From positions 1 through 64,000 of the forward strand of contig NMRA01000451.1 in assembly GCA_002633005.1 (NCBI GenBank): DNA of 64,000 nt, given 5' to 3'. This DNA comes from Phoronis australis (Eukaryota > Animalia > Phoronida). Position numbers and translations under genes: made by a program. The notes under the pieces are model-generated. The model ran no database searches. It saw nothing but the letters and a program-made list of their open reading frames with translations, and had not been told where the DNA came from. Positions 52,701 to 64,000 of this stretch are shown one piece after another. Numbering within the stretch: the stretch's first letter is position 1; each line of letters begins with the position of its first letter.

Positions 52701-54633
52701 TTTCATTGTAAAATGCTGCCTAATTGGAACCGACAAGCCAATTTTTCATTTTGTGGTGGTTAGTTTTGACAAGAAAATTGATGTGGTAAATACAGCTACC
52801 TCAAGTTTGTGAAGAAGAGATTTCCAGTGTTGTCAGCAATATTGCAAAATCACTTTTTCGCAGTTAGTCTACATCACCTTAAATGTAATTCCCTGACTTT
52901 ATGAGCTTTGTGTGGTTGACTCTGTCCTGTAGCAATTAGAGTGTTGAAAAGATCTAGACGGTAATTTTTTATTAGAGTCATAACATTTGCACTTTTGACT
53001 GTACAGTTATCTTTGCATTATATTACGAAAACATACTTTGTAGTACACAAGTCTCTGGTTCGTATTATATTTTTTTCACCAGGAATATTTTCAACTTAGA
53101 TGAGTTGTCTGTGAGGTAGGCAATTTTCAAATAAGATAATGAATAAAATTGTCAAACATTGTTTTATTTTTACATGTGTGATCTTCCAATAAGTGATTAC
53201 TTTTAAAAAACCTGTGCAGAATTTGATTTTACTCTTCATTTGAAGGATAATAAATCCATGAACCTGCATTGTCTAGAAATTTTACTCAAACTACATATTA
53301 GAGAGTTGGGGATTGGAATCTTAATACAACAGAGTCTACACCCGTACCATGAGCACTACAACACAATACACGGATATAAAAATTTGGTGTTTATGTTCCA
53401 CGGAAGGATTCGTGTGCACGGTAATAGTTACTAAGGTGCGTGGTCATTGTTTGTGGATACTTTAGGATTCCTTTTCTGCGGTCATCCACGGGAAACCTGG
53501 TCGCATAGAGAACAATAGATTAGCATCTTCATTGTTCCCGTTGTTATAATAAAGATACAATGACGAGCACTTATCGGCAACGGTCGGATGTACGCAAGGT
53601 TCTACGTGTATATCCATGCGACCTGTGTTGTTACATCCAACAATGACACAACAAAGGAAAACAATGATAGGACCGCTGGCCAAAAAATATGCGATGAGTT
53701 GCCATGGACAGTGGTGGAGTTTGACTTGTCATTCGAATGTTTTTAGAGAACTGCAAACCCGGTATTTTGTCAGGAAAATTTCTGCGGTCTTTTGTTTTAA
53801 GTCGTGGGAAAAATTGCGGTCATGTAACCAAACTTATCATTCATTTGATATTACAATGCATTACATGAACATTTGATCAACAGAAAATCTGACTTGAGTA
53901 TGTTTGAAGAAATACCCATGAGGAAATTGCAAAGTAAAATAACTGTAAATCAAAATAACCTACATTTGTCGAGTTCATGTCTAACCCTGTTCACTGTGGA
54001 GGACATAATCGGCATTTTACAAAATGGAGCCATGTATGGTATTTAGGGGTACTATAGCCCTAAGTGATCAGTAGTAAAACGTTCAAAGCATTCAGGAGGA
54101 ACTAACTTGTTGCAAAATATCGAAAAACATGAAGGGCAATCGGATTTTACGGTGCTCACGCATCGATTTCAGATATATGAAAAATTTCTTTTTTAATACA
54201 TTTGAGGTGCACAAAATATATAACTAATAAACTGGCTGACAAAGTTTTTATTTCATGAAATAAAAGTCACATGTTTTGTCAACATTTTGGCATAACAGTG
54301 GGGCAGATTTGGTACAGCAGTGTACTGAACACAACCTCAAAATGGCATAACGGGGGGGCAGTGTATTAAAACTACTAAATGAGGGTGGTAAATCGGAATT
54401 GCGTTTCAAGACATCTGTGTAACAATGTACAGGCACCACTAAACAATGCCAAGTAAATAATAAATCGATAGCTTTCATTCAAGGAAAAATATGAACTATA
54501 GAAAAACGCAATATTTTGATTAAATATTTTACCGCTGTTTATAGATACCATAGGTCTACCTATGTGCCAAATTTCGTGAAAATCGGCTCACCCCACCTTG
54601 CCGCTCATGGCTGGTGCTCTTGTGGACTAGTAC
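49723..54633. mobile_element. Kolobok-like TTAA-flanked element with decayed cargo
   Basis: TTAA at 49719-49722 and 54634-54637; imperfect inverted ends sharing AGTCCAC..CAGCCA..GCGGCAAGGTGGGG..AGCC. Confidence 0.55.
51100..52900 (-). mobile_element. Highly decayed LINE (APE-region) fragment
   Basis: Minus-strand HKTTFVLDILPTQ resembles the APE TLDLILTN motif; many stops. Confidence 0.3.
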
Positions 54634-56185
54634 TTAAATTCGTCGTCACAATTACCGTACTGCCCCTCTAACTCTATAGTTACCACCACTTTCGAGGGGA
54701 ACCTAAAGCGACGAAACAGGGACCCCTGTTTCATACAATGTCCTAAGTCTACCTTATTAAGGTCAGTGCCGGGAATCCCCGGTTGCTACAAATTTTGATT
54801 CATCCCCTCACGGATGAGATGTGAACCATATTTTGTCCAGAGCCCCAAGCAATAGCTTATTTAGCTAAATGGATAATAAGGACTACATACAGTACTAATC
54901 GTGAATAAATGACAGTATACCAACAACCCTGTCGCTATTCCCAAACAGCACACTCATCCTAGTACCGTTACACCAGTTAGCTTTTTTGTAATTCCCAAAG
55001 CCTTTTGACTGTTCAATTGACACACAACAACAATGACCAGGTTGGTCACAATTCAGTTTTTATTGCTAACTGCTACAGAGTCAATACTAAGCACCATTAT
55101 GAAGTGAAACAACGTTCTGACACAGACTACACAGATGTGGATCTAGGGCGCTGCAGGAAGTAGCCAGAGCTTTGGAAGGAAAACGATAAAAGGTTATTCC
55201 AAATGTCATGCCAGCAATGTTTTCTTTCATAGAGCCACATGTGTGCATAGTGAGAGTGCTTAACTGGATTTCCAAAACTGTCTTTATAAGAAATAGTCAC
55301 GGGCATGAGTAAAATACAGGTGGCAGGTCGCTTCTTATACATCTTTTTACTGTAGTGGATACTTCTCAGCATCTCCCGTAGGTACACCATGGTGACAATC
55401 ACAGCTGATGATAGCCACCACCACCTACATGTAGTGAGCACACCAAGTTGAATACAATGACCTCATTCTCAGATATACTTATGTGAGGCTGGAAAAAACA
55501 AACCTCACTATTTTTGAGTTCAACATGAAAGGGATTGTTGTTTTCAACAACATTCTTATTGGTGTCAGTGATACTTAATGTACTTTATCAAAGGTTTTCA
55601 ATTATGTCACCTATTAAACTTGTGAGATTCCTGGTGAAAGAAAACAACAAGAAGGGACTTGATAACACAAACGTTTTGTAGAAACCGCTTCTGTTGCTTG
55701 AGGAAACGACAGTGCTTCTTGTCTTGAATTCAAAACATACCTGCATGTGAAGAGATCGAACAGTGACTGTCACCCAAACCCATTCCTCTGCACATGGCTC
55801 AGAGTTGTAATCATGTTGCAACTGTTGCTGGACTCGTGTTGCCTGTTGCTGATGCAACGGTGATGCGCACTACGATGATCCATTAAAAAACATGACAATC
55901 ATACAAAATGCCAGTCTGAGCAGTACATGGATAACATTGATTTATACTTTCCATAGGATATACATTGATGCAAAAGTGTGAGTGTGCCTCAAATTGAAAC
56001 TTCACTGTTATAACTGTTTCTAGGCCCATTCAGCCGATTTCATAAAGGCGGTTTAAAGTTAAACCTGGTTTAAACTAGACTTAGACCAGGTTTAAAGATA
56101 ATCTGCATTTCATGAAGGTGGTTTAACTTTTAGACCAGTGGTCTAGTAAAACCTGGTTTTACTCCAGTTTAGACCTGGTCTAAGT

Positions 56186-57961
56186 AACTGTGATATATAT
56201 TTATTGAAGGATACACAGAGCATACAAAGAAATAATAACAAACCCAGAAACCGCGAAGCATTATATCTGGGTTGTAAACAATTCATCAATGAAACTTATA
56301 TACATAGAGGTATATACACTTAAGTAGTATCTAAAATAAGTATTCCCATACTTAGACATGCTATTACAGATACATAAAAACAAAAATATGTACAGATTCA
56401 TGTAGGGAAATCGGATGCAACAATATTGATAAACGGTACAAAAAAATTTGCTAACGTTGCTTAGGAGGAATTCGTTGAGAACGAAGTCAAGGTTAGGACT
56501 ACCATTCAGTAATAATGTAACTCTAGTAGGGATATTATTACAAGAATTGAGAGCGTTAACAATTGATTGGTTATCATTGAGTGCACGAAAGAGTGAGTCT
56601 CTCAGGCATTCGATGAGGTGACATTTGAAGAAAAAATGAGGATAAGATTGAAGGTCACCACATCTACAGTTTGGAGAGACATTACTAAAGTTGTGCCTGA
56701 ACTTGTCAGAGTTGAGGAAAAGGCCACATCTTGATCTGTACAATGCTATTTCGTTATCGCAGGTAAGGGAAAATTGAGTCAAGGGAGTTGAGTTATCAAA
56801 ATTATGAAAAACAGTTCTAAAATTATTTTTTATACTCGTAAAAGAGTTGCTTTCCTTAACAGAAACTGGAAGTGAATTCCAGTTGTTGATGCACATCATG
56901 ACTGTAGACCTTCTGAATGCCTGACTGAACGACGGAGGAATTGCATATGGGGTGGAGGATCTCAAATCACTACGATGGCCTTGTCTAGTATATTGTTGAC
57001 ATTGTTTATTACCTTGAAAGTGAATGTGGTCATGTGAAGATTGCGTCGAGTAGACAGTTTGGGCCACTTGAGACTATTCAAAACCTTAACACTATTGGAT
57101 CCCCTGTAAGCTCCGGTTATGAGTAAGGCGGCTTGATACTGTAACTTCTCCAAATGTTGGAGTGCACCCGTATTGGCAGACAGATATATAATATCACAAT
57201 AATCAATGTGTGGAAGTACAAAGGATTTGAACAAAACTTCTAAATGTGTAAATTCAGATGACGAGAGACAAGCTTAAGTGGGTTAATTAGTTCCTGAGTT
57301 TTTTGTACGAGCTCCCGAACATGAGGGGTGAATGAGAGTTTTTCATCTAACAGTATACCCAGATGTCTGTGCGACTGTTTTCTAGGAATGATTTCATCAT
57401 TAAGTTTAAGGTCATAAGACGGGTCAACAAGGAAGAGAGCATTAATAGATTTGAAGAAGGTGAGGTCAACACTTTTTTCTGGTTTAAAATTCATTCTCCA
57501 TTCTTGTGACCAATAGCTTAGTTTATTTAAGTAGCGTTGAAGCTGCAAAGAACATTCAGGGCTGCTCCCTACGAAGGGGTAAAAAAGCGCCGTGTCATCT
57601 GCATAAAGGTTTGTGCTACATGACAGGTAAGGTTATTAATATAAACCAAGAAGTGAAGAGGGCCCGATACGCTACCCTGGGGTACACCTGCGTTTACAAA
57701 TCCAGGAGGGGATAAAGTTGAAAGTACGCCGTCGAAACGAACACTGTATGTTCTTTCGGAGAGATATGAGGTGATCATGTTTAAAAGATTACCAGTAATG
57801 CCATAGGATCGAAGTTTGTGAAGTACATGTAGAAGGTCGTGAGGGACACAGTCGAAAGCAGAAGCTATATCTAGAAAAATGGACCTGACACTCTCGCCCT
57901 GTGAAAATGTAAATGAATCTCATGTACTATTTCAACAAGTTGTGCCACGGTGCTGTTCTAA
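56186..57961 (-). mobile_element. 5'-truncated CR1/L2-group LINE
   Basis: GVPQGSVSGPLHFLVYINNL, HRHLGILLDEKLSF, FVLPHIDYCDIIY, CRCG..HFFFKC; AATAAA near the 3' end; 8-bp TSD GTCTAAGT (56178-56185 / 57962-57969). Confidence 0.9.
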
Positions 57962-58198
57962 GTCTAAGTCAGTTTTCATTTCACCAACGAGGTCTATATT
58001 CTTTAGACCTGTATTAAGATCTTAAACCATGTTTAACTATAGGCTTGGTCAGACCCAGGTTTAACTGTTAAATATGTCAGACTTGCATGGTATAGGTTCA
58101 ACAGTATGATGCCGCGGAGAGCATTTGCAACGCAGTTTTAGAGCTAAAAAGGAATATTTTCAATATTCAGTTTTACTATGACACAAGATCAAATGTAG

Positions 58199-58351
58199 CA
58201 GTGGCGGATCCAGGATGTTTTAAAGGGCGGGCGGTAAGGACTTTTTGAAAGGGGGGGCCAAGTCAACAACTTGAAAATTATAGATTTGGTATCACTAAAA
58301 TCAACGGAAAAGGGGGGCTCCGGACCCCTTGACCCCCTGGATCTGCTTATG
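58199..58351. mobile_element. Nested MITE, equivalent to 45279-45438
   Basis: CAGTGGCGGATCC...GGATCTGCTTATG at the same position in the host element. Confidence 0.85.
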
Positions 58352-60052
58352 TCCCCAGTGCTGTTCAATATCTACACCTTCCCACTCGCCAGACTGAACT
58401 GCGCTGACTGCCGACTTAGCACCTTTGTAGACGACATGCTGCTGTCATCGCAAGGACAAACACATCTTGAGATTCTCCACAAAGCACAGTCTTCATTGAT
58501 GAAAATCTGCGAGTTTTGTGCTACCAGCGGAATGAGCTGCAATGGAGACAAATGTGAAGCTCTCTTCTGTACTCTGGACAATCGCCTCAGTGTTGATGAT
58601 TTCCCTTGCCCTACATACGATGGGAAGTTGATTACAACATCTGACCACATGCGTCACTTGGGTGTAGAACTTGACCGCAGGCTTAACTTCACAACTCAAG
58701 TTAACAGTATGATCAGCCGTGCCAACAGAGGAATCAATGCCCTTAGGGCTGCGGCTGGTCGGAAGGCGGAGGAAAGGCACCTCGTCATGCTTGATAAAGC
58801 CCTGGTCACTTCGGTCTTCGACTACGCTCTCCCCATGATCAACATCAGTAAAAATCAAATCAACAGACTTGAGAGGCTCCAGAACATTGGTCTTCGCGTC
58901 ATCACTGGATGCACAAGATCTACGTCAGTCACAGCATTAGGTTACCTTGTCGGTATTCCCAGCATTGCAGACAGACAATCCCTTCTACAAGGTATTACTG
59001 TAGCCAAGGCTGTTCAAAGCCCCTTCCATCCATTACACAGTCAAGTGAAGACTGCACTTGACAGGTGCGTGAACCCCGTCCCTGCAACAGAAACTTATGG
59101 ACTTCGTCCTAGACCTTTTCGCAATGCCTCCCACCAAAGACTTAGCAGGTGCTCGTGGACTGTCGCTGCTGTTAATGCAACCATGGGTCTCATCGGTGAA
59201 CACATGATCGCGCAAGATGCTGCTTGGCTGCCAGTACAAGAACTTGGTGAGGAACAAAATGTCATCATTGCTTTCAACAGAGAAGCTCGGGAATGGCCTC
59301 CTGGAGTAGCCCAAGTATTGTGCCGTCAGCAATGGCGTGATCTTGGCGGTATTAATGCCATCATTGTAGCAACTGATGGATCCTTCGATGGTGAAACTAA
59401 TCGTGCGGGATGGGGTTATCAAATACGCTGTGCTAACAACGTCATTGCGGAAGGTAGTGGTTGCCACCATGTATACACAAGCAGTACGCGGATGGAGTTT
59501 GAGGCTATACAACGTGCCCTAACCAAGCTGTCACTCCTAGACCTGGAGAATCACACCATTATCTTTGCCACCGATTTCATGGCTGTGTTGATGAAAGTTC
59601 AATCTGGAAACCTCCCAGCCAACTGGGGTGTCTTCCGATCACGCCACCCTCATCATGTAGTGATCTGGTCTTTCGTACCTGGCCACGCCGGTGTCTTGAT
59701 TAATGAGCGTGCAGATTACCTCGCTGGCTCATGCACCACCAACCAACCCCTTTACTTATATTCGGCTGACGTTAAGCTGCTGGCCCACAAACGCAACCTC
59801 GATCAGACTGCATCCCAACTGGCTGAGTTCAATGATGGCAGCCGCCTGCTCGAAGCCGGTATTACTTATGGCCATGCTGCGAAGAGTCACAAGAAGAGCC
59901 GTGCCCGAGTGCTGTCTAATCAAATGCTTACAGGCAAGGTCAGCTCTGGAGTTCTGCGCCTTCTGCTGTCACGGGGATGGTCTGGGGATGGGATTAATGC
60001 ACCAGCATATCCCCAATGATCCTGTCCGTGACAGGTATTACAGGTATTACAG
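58352..60052 (+). mobile_element. Young 5'-truncated LINE with RT C-half and RNase H (I-group, Ingi/Nimb-like)
   Basis: Open frame to 60019: SPVLFNIY, FVDD, RHLGV, TDGS..GWG, ME.EAI, TD, VPGHAGVLINERAD; (ACAGGTATT)n tail; 7-bp TSD GCTTATG (58345-58351 / 60053-60059). Confidence 0.92.
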
Positions 60053-62187
60053 GCTTATGCGTAGACCAGTACTTGCTGGGGTGTGTCCTGTGGATTTCTC
60101 AGAATACGACTGGTCGAGCAGGGTGTCATCGTCGTAAGCGCTACGGATTTGACTAAAGACAGCCTCGTCTGATTGTTATGACTGAGTTCCACCTCCACTG
60201 TTCTCCGATATAATGTTGCCAGGAAGGGGTCTTGCCCCCCCCCCCTTTGGCCGCGGACTTAAATAAACACTAAAATGACAAGGAAATAAATTTGGGCATG
60301 TAACATGTTACATCTAATCGGGAGCATGTTGTTTAATGTGTGTGAGTTGGGCACATAAATTACAGTTTTCCGTATGAGAAAAGCGTTTAGATGTTTTTCG
60401 TAAACGTCTGCACTGATTCTACTAGTGTATGCCATGGTATACCCACGTGATCAAGGTTTCAATGAAGCACTTCAAGAGTTTCTTTGTTGGGGTGCCTTCG
60501 ATACTTTAAACTTGGTTTTACTGAACCAGCTCCCTGGTCTAGCAAAACCAGGCTTTCAGACTCTTAAACCATGTTGGTGAAATGCAAGTCAGGTCAAAAT
60601 TTAGACCAGGTTTAGAAAGGCCCGGTTTAAGTCTAAAACCTGGTTTTGTTAAACCGCCTAGATGAAATCGGCTGTTTCAGTTTAGTTCAGGTGTTAACTT
60701 GTCAAAAAATGGTGCTGGAAGTCTGATAACAGCCGACATTCAAGGCGGACAGATGTTTTTCGAAGCACTCGTGAGGCCTTCTGTCCCGTAAACTGATTGA
60801 TTTTGTTTTTGATAAAATGAGTCTGGAAGGGCCAAGTCGCATACTCAAATTCCGAGAAGAGGTGCATAAGATAGAAGCAAGCACTTTCATCAACCTTCCC
60901 GTCCTCAGACCCATATTTACCCAATCAAGAACATACCACCGATAGTACATAACCAATTAAAAATACTGAGTCACCTGAGATGTAAACTACTCAACCTTTA
61001 TTAATGCTCCTACCGATCTGCCTTTGGCTGCACCCCTTTGCCTTTGAGGAGGTCCCATTCATGGTATATTATCATGTGACAATGCTATGACCACTCTCAG
61101 GGTCCAGCAATTTAAGAACCAGATTTCTCCACTAAATAACAGGCAGCCCGATTCTAACGTATGGTTTCGTTTGGTCTGAATTTTCTCCCAACAAGCTTCG
61201 GTCTACCAACACTACCCAAGTTTGCTAGCATATAAACCTGAGGTTGTCATCGTTCATCCACTGGTTTGTGTTCAAGTGGACTAGCTAGCTGACTAGTAGA
61301 GTATAGGATCCCTTATGATAAACGATGCTTTTCTTAATAATATGGCAATGAAAATCCACGAATAACTTTGCAATTAAATTCTGAAAATTGCCAGCAGGTA
61401 GAAATCCAATCCACGACCATCGAGTGACAAGCAGGGTATATCTAATCACAGTAACAATACACTCAATTTTAGTAACAACATTGACAGACCTAAGCTACAC
61501 TACAGATTTTATTCGACCCGAGCACAAGAATTGCTATCAAATTTAGTACGTAATTTCCCCCGGGTAATGGTTTCATCTAATTCTAAGCGTAATAGTTAGA
61601 CTGTTAAGCTCATCAAAATGTTCAAGAAACGAATAAGTTACCTAGTTAAGGCAAACTTCTCTTCTTGAAGCACTAACGGAAAAAGCTGACTATTTGTCTC
61701 CAGTTTCCAAACGATAAAACAGCACAGCATTATGGGTAACTTTGCTTTGGTTTGTTTTCATCGCGCAGAAAATAAAAAATAAAATTAAAGTGTCTGCAAG
61801 CAGTAGATCGACCTCATACTTATGAAAAGCTCTAAATAATCATCAGAGAGTATGTTTCAATGGTTTCTGTGCAGATTCATTGCGCTTTTAAAAGGTATCA
61901 TATGACTAAGTTACTGAGAAAAATCCAAACCGTCGCATTTCAAAAAAAAACACCTGGGTCAGATGTGGAAGGTTAACACACAGTGATACCTAGCCAGCCA
62001 GCTAGCTGTATGAAGACTGTCGTCAAAATACAGCTAGGTACCACTGTGTGGTTTTCTTCCCTAGACCCCGAAATTGCACACAGACAGGGTAATTCTGCTC
62101 GTCACCTCGCCGTGAAACTTGTAACAACATGTAAAGCTAAAAACCGGACGGGGTGCATGCAAAATCTGGGAATCAACCGACACTCAC

Positions 62188-62620
62188 CTTGCCCGTTACA
62201 GCCGTTTAAGTGAAAAACAATGCAATAAACAATGCGTAACTCTCCACCTTTTCTAACAATGAAAAGTATGTCGTCGTTTTGAAAACAGTGCGCTCGTGTC
62301 ACGCGCACGCGCCATTTCCTGAATTGTTGAGACATATTTCAGGAGATGATGATAGCTTGGCAGCAGCAAAATTTCTTCTGAAATTCGGTTTTTCGGTATC
62401 ATAATTCTGAAAACTTATAATGAAGTGAAACCAGTTCCCAATAATTTGTTGTGACGTGTACGCAACGTCGTAAAAGAACAACAGTTGAGTGAAGAATGGG
62501 CGAAAAAAGAAACTGGCCAATAGGTGACGCAATATTTCATGGTGCCGAAAACCGTTGCTAAAGGTCGCTCCACAACTTTAGCAGTGGAATAACGGTAGAA
62601 CGCCATTTTTTTCAACACCG
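62188..62620 (-). promoter_or_regulatory. Candidate promoter and first exon
   Basis: CCAAT (62517), TGACGCAA CRE-like (62525), CGCGCACGCGC NRF1-like (62302), CGCCATTTT YY1-like (62601), strong donor AAG|GTGAGT at 62188. Confidence 0.35.
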
Positions 62621-62957
62621 TTGAATAATTTAGTTTACTCAAGGAAGACTGTAGTTTTTAGTGACACTTATTTTGTGCCAGATTTTATTTTACCACTTTT
62701 TTAACCAGATCGGTGCAAAGCTGTATACTAAATACATGTATACAGCTTCGCAATGATGTGGGTAAACAAGTATCAAGGCTAGTGGTACCTAGCTGTTACG
62801 ATAGCTTTCATACAGCTTGCTGTTTAACCGGATTCATCAACATAAGCACACTAACAATGACACTTATCTTGAATTCGCACAAACGTAGTACACCAAATAT
62901 TAAAAAATGAGTCCAAGCTCGAGTTTGAGTACAAAGATGAGATCATGGGTTCTTGAG

Positions 62958-63740
62958 TTAGTATCGTGCCTTACTTCTAAGAGGAACACCCTTGCAAGTA
63001 TGTTCCTTGTCTTTCTTTAACTCTGCCTTTTGCGTGTACAAGTAGCATTTGGTGTTATCAATTTGGGCGTTGATACCATATTTGTGCATACAAAGCGCAT
63101 TGATGGTCGTCGCAAACTTTTCCGTGAGAACCGGGATCGTAAGAAACGGTTTCCGTGGCTTCATAAAACTCAGTGGCTCATTTTCTGCTACAATAGTCAA
63201 GTCGCTGCCAAGTAATCGGGAAACCTCTATACTTTCCTTTTTGAGTGGATGTGGGAAAGTGAAATCGACAAATGCCAGTTCAAAAGGGTTCGTACTAATC
63301 TTTCTATAGTTCACCTCATCTCGATCGAAATAGAAAACAAATAAATTGAGCAAGAATTTCGCTCTTGTCGATCTTTGTGTTATCTTCTCCAATTCATTGC
63401 GACATTTTGTGAATTGTGCTGACGAAGATATATCATCCCTATGAAATGGTTCATGTAAGAGTTTATCCAGTGTTTCTGACATGGAGTATGACTCTATTGG
63501 CGCGATTGGTTCCAAGTCGTAACCACATCCATAAATTCCAAATTTAACGTCTCCCTTGTAGTTTAGAGATTCGATGACTTTTCTTATAAACAGCGCAATG
63601 TGGAAGTGCCATTTCTTAAATCGTACAGCGCCTCTTGCTGTATCGACAACTATGAAGACATCTGCGCCTAAGCATATTGGTTGAGGTAAAGCATGTGCCG
63701 AAAGATGCAAAAGCACGATGACTATCGTTTCAGTATACAT
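62958..63740 (-). CDS. Signal peptide + divergent von Willebrand factor A domain protein (260 aa unspliced, or a 766-nt phase-1 first coding exon at 62975-63740)
   Basis: Hydrophobic N-terminus IVIVLLHLSAHA; C..ADVFIVVDT..F..FIRKVIESL..VKFGIY VWA pattern; closing TINALC; donor AGAA|GTAAGG five codons before the stop. Confidence 0.78.
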   Translation of the reverse strand: MYTETIVIVLLHLSAHALPQPICLGADVFIVVDTARGAVRFKKWHFHIALFIRKVIESLNYKGDVKFGIYGCGYDLEPIAPIESYSMSETLDKLLHEPFHRDDISSSAQFTKCRNELEKITQRSTRAKFLLNLFVFYFDRDEVNYRKISTNPFELAFVDFTFPHPLKKESIEVSRLLGSDLTIVAENEPLSFMKPRKPFLTIPVLTEKFATTINALCMHKYGINAQIDNTKCYLYTQKAELKKDKEHTCKGVPLRSKARY

Positions 63741-63922
63741 TGTTCATGAACATAACAAAACATGTTGTCAACACATCTCCTATCCATGAAGCAGAAACCG
63801 TATTCATGATGACACGTCGCGTAAATCAAGCGAAGAAACGCGGATCGAAAAGAAGAAATGTGATTTGTGGAACACAAGCAGACCAATTTCCGAATGACTC
63901 AAAACCATAGAACAAACATAAG

Positions 63923-64000
63923 CAGCCGATTTCATCAAGGTGGTTTAAAGTTAAATCTGGCTTAAATTGGACTTAGACCAGGTTTAAAGATAATCTGCAT
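63923..64000. mobile_element. Left end of a third Harbinger-like copy
   Basis: CAGCCGATTTCATCAAGGTGGTTTAAAGTTAAA, matching 44900 and 56031. Confidence 0.85.

Larger units (their letters stand above)
56031..60674. mobile_element. Harbinger-like element, copy 2, carrying the MITE and two LINE insertions
   Basis: Same TIRs and internal sequence as 44900-46068 once the insertions are removed. Confidence 0.88.

Noticed and set aside
58271-58351. N-terminus of the 582-aa ORF as a fusion gene
   Set aside because: It starts at TTG inside a MITE; the in-frame join is a by-product of the LINE insertion marked by a TSD

Overview
AT-rich, repeat-dense animal DNA with spliceosomal GT-AG introns, probably from an invertebrate; this is not prokaryotic sequence. 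The main finding is a minus-strand gene that the ORF track misses almost entirely. It has at least 11 symmetric phase-1 microexons (12-36 nt, 17253-41491) spliced to a terminal transmembrane exon (16171-16319). Together they encode a Thr-rich plus Gly/Ser/Pro heptad-repeat stalk, an acidic Ser-Gly motif, one TM helix and a short tail. Six 21-nt exons arose by tandem duplication of exon+intron cassettes. Upstream lies an intact ORF for a signal peptide plus a divergent VWA domain (62958-63740) with a frame-compatible phase-1 donor, and a decayed duplicate of it at ~42584-43000. The 5' end of the microexon gene is not proven. The rest is a layered set of transposons: a Hero/NeSL-type RLE retroelement with a tandem 3' copy split by a solo LTR; RTE, L1/Tx1, CR1/L2 and RNase H-bearing LINEs; Academ, Crypton, Kolobok-like, Helentron-type and Harbinger-like elements, several nested with readable target-site duplications (TSDs).
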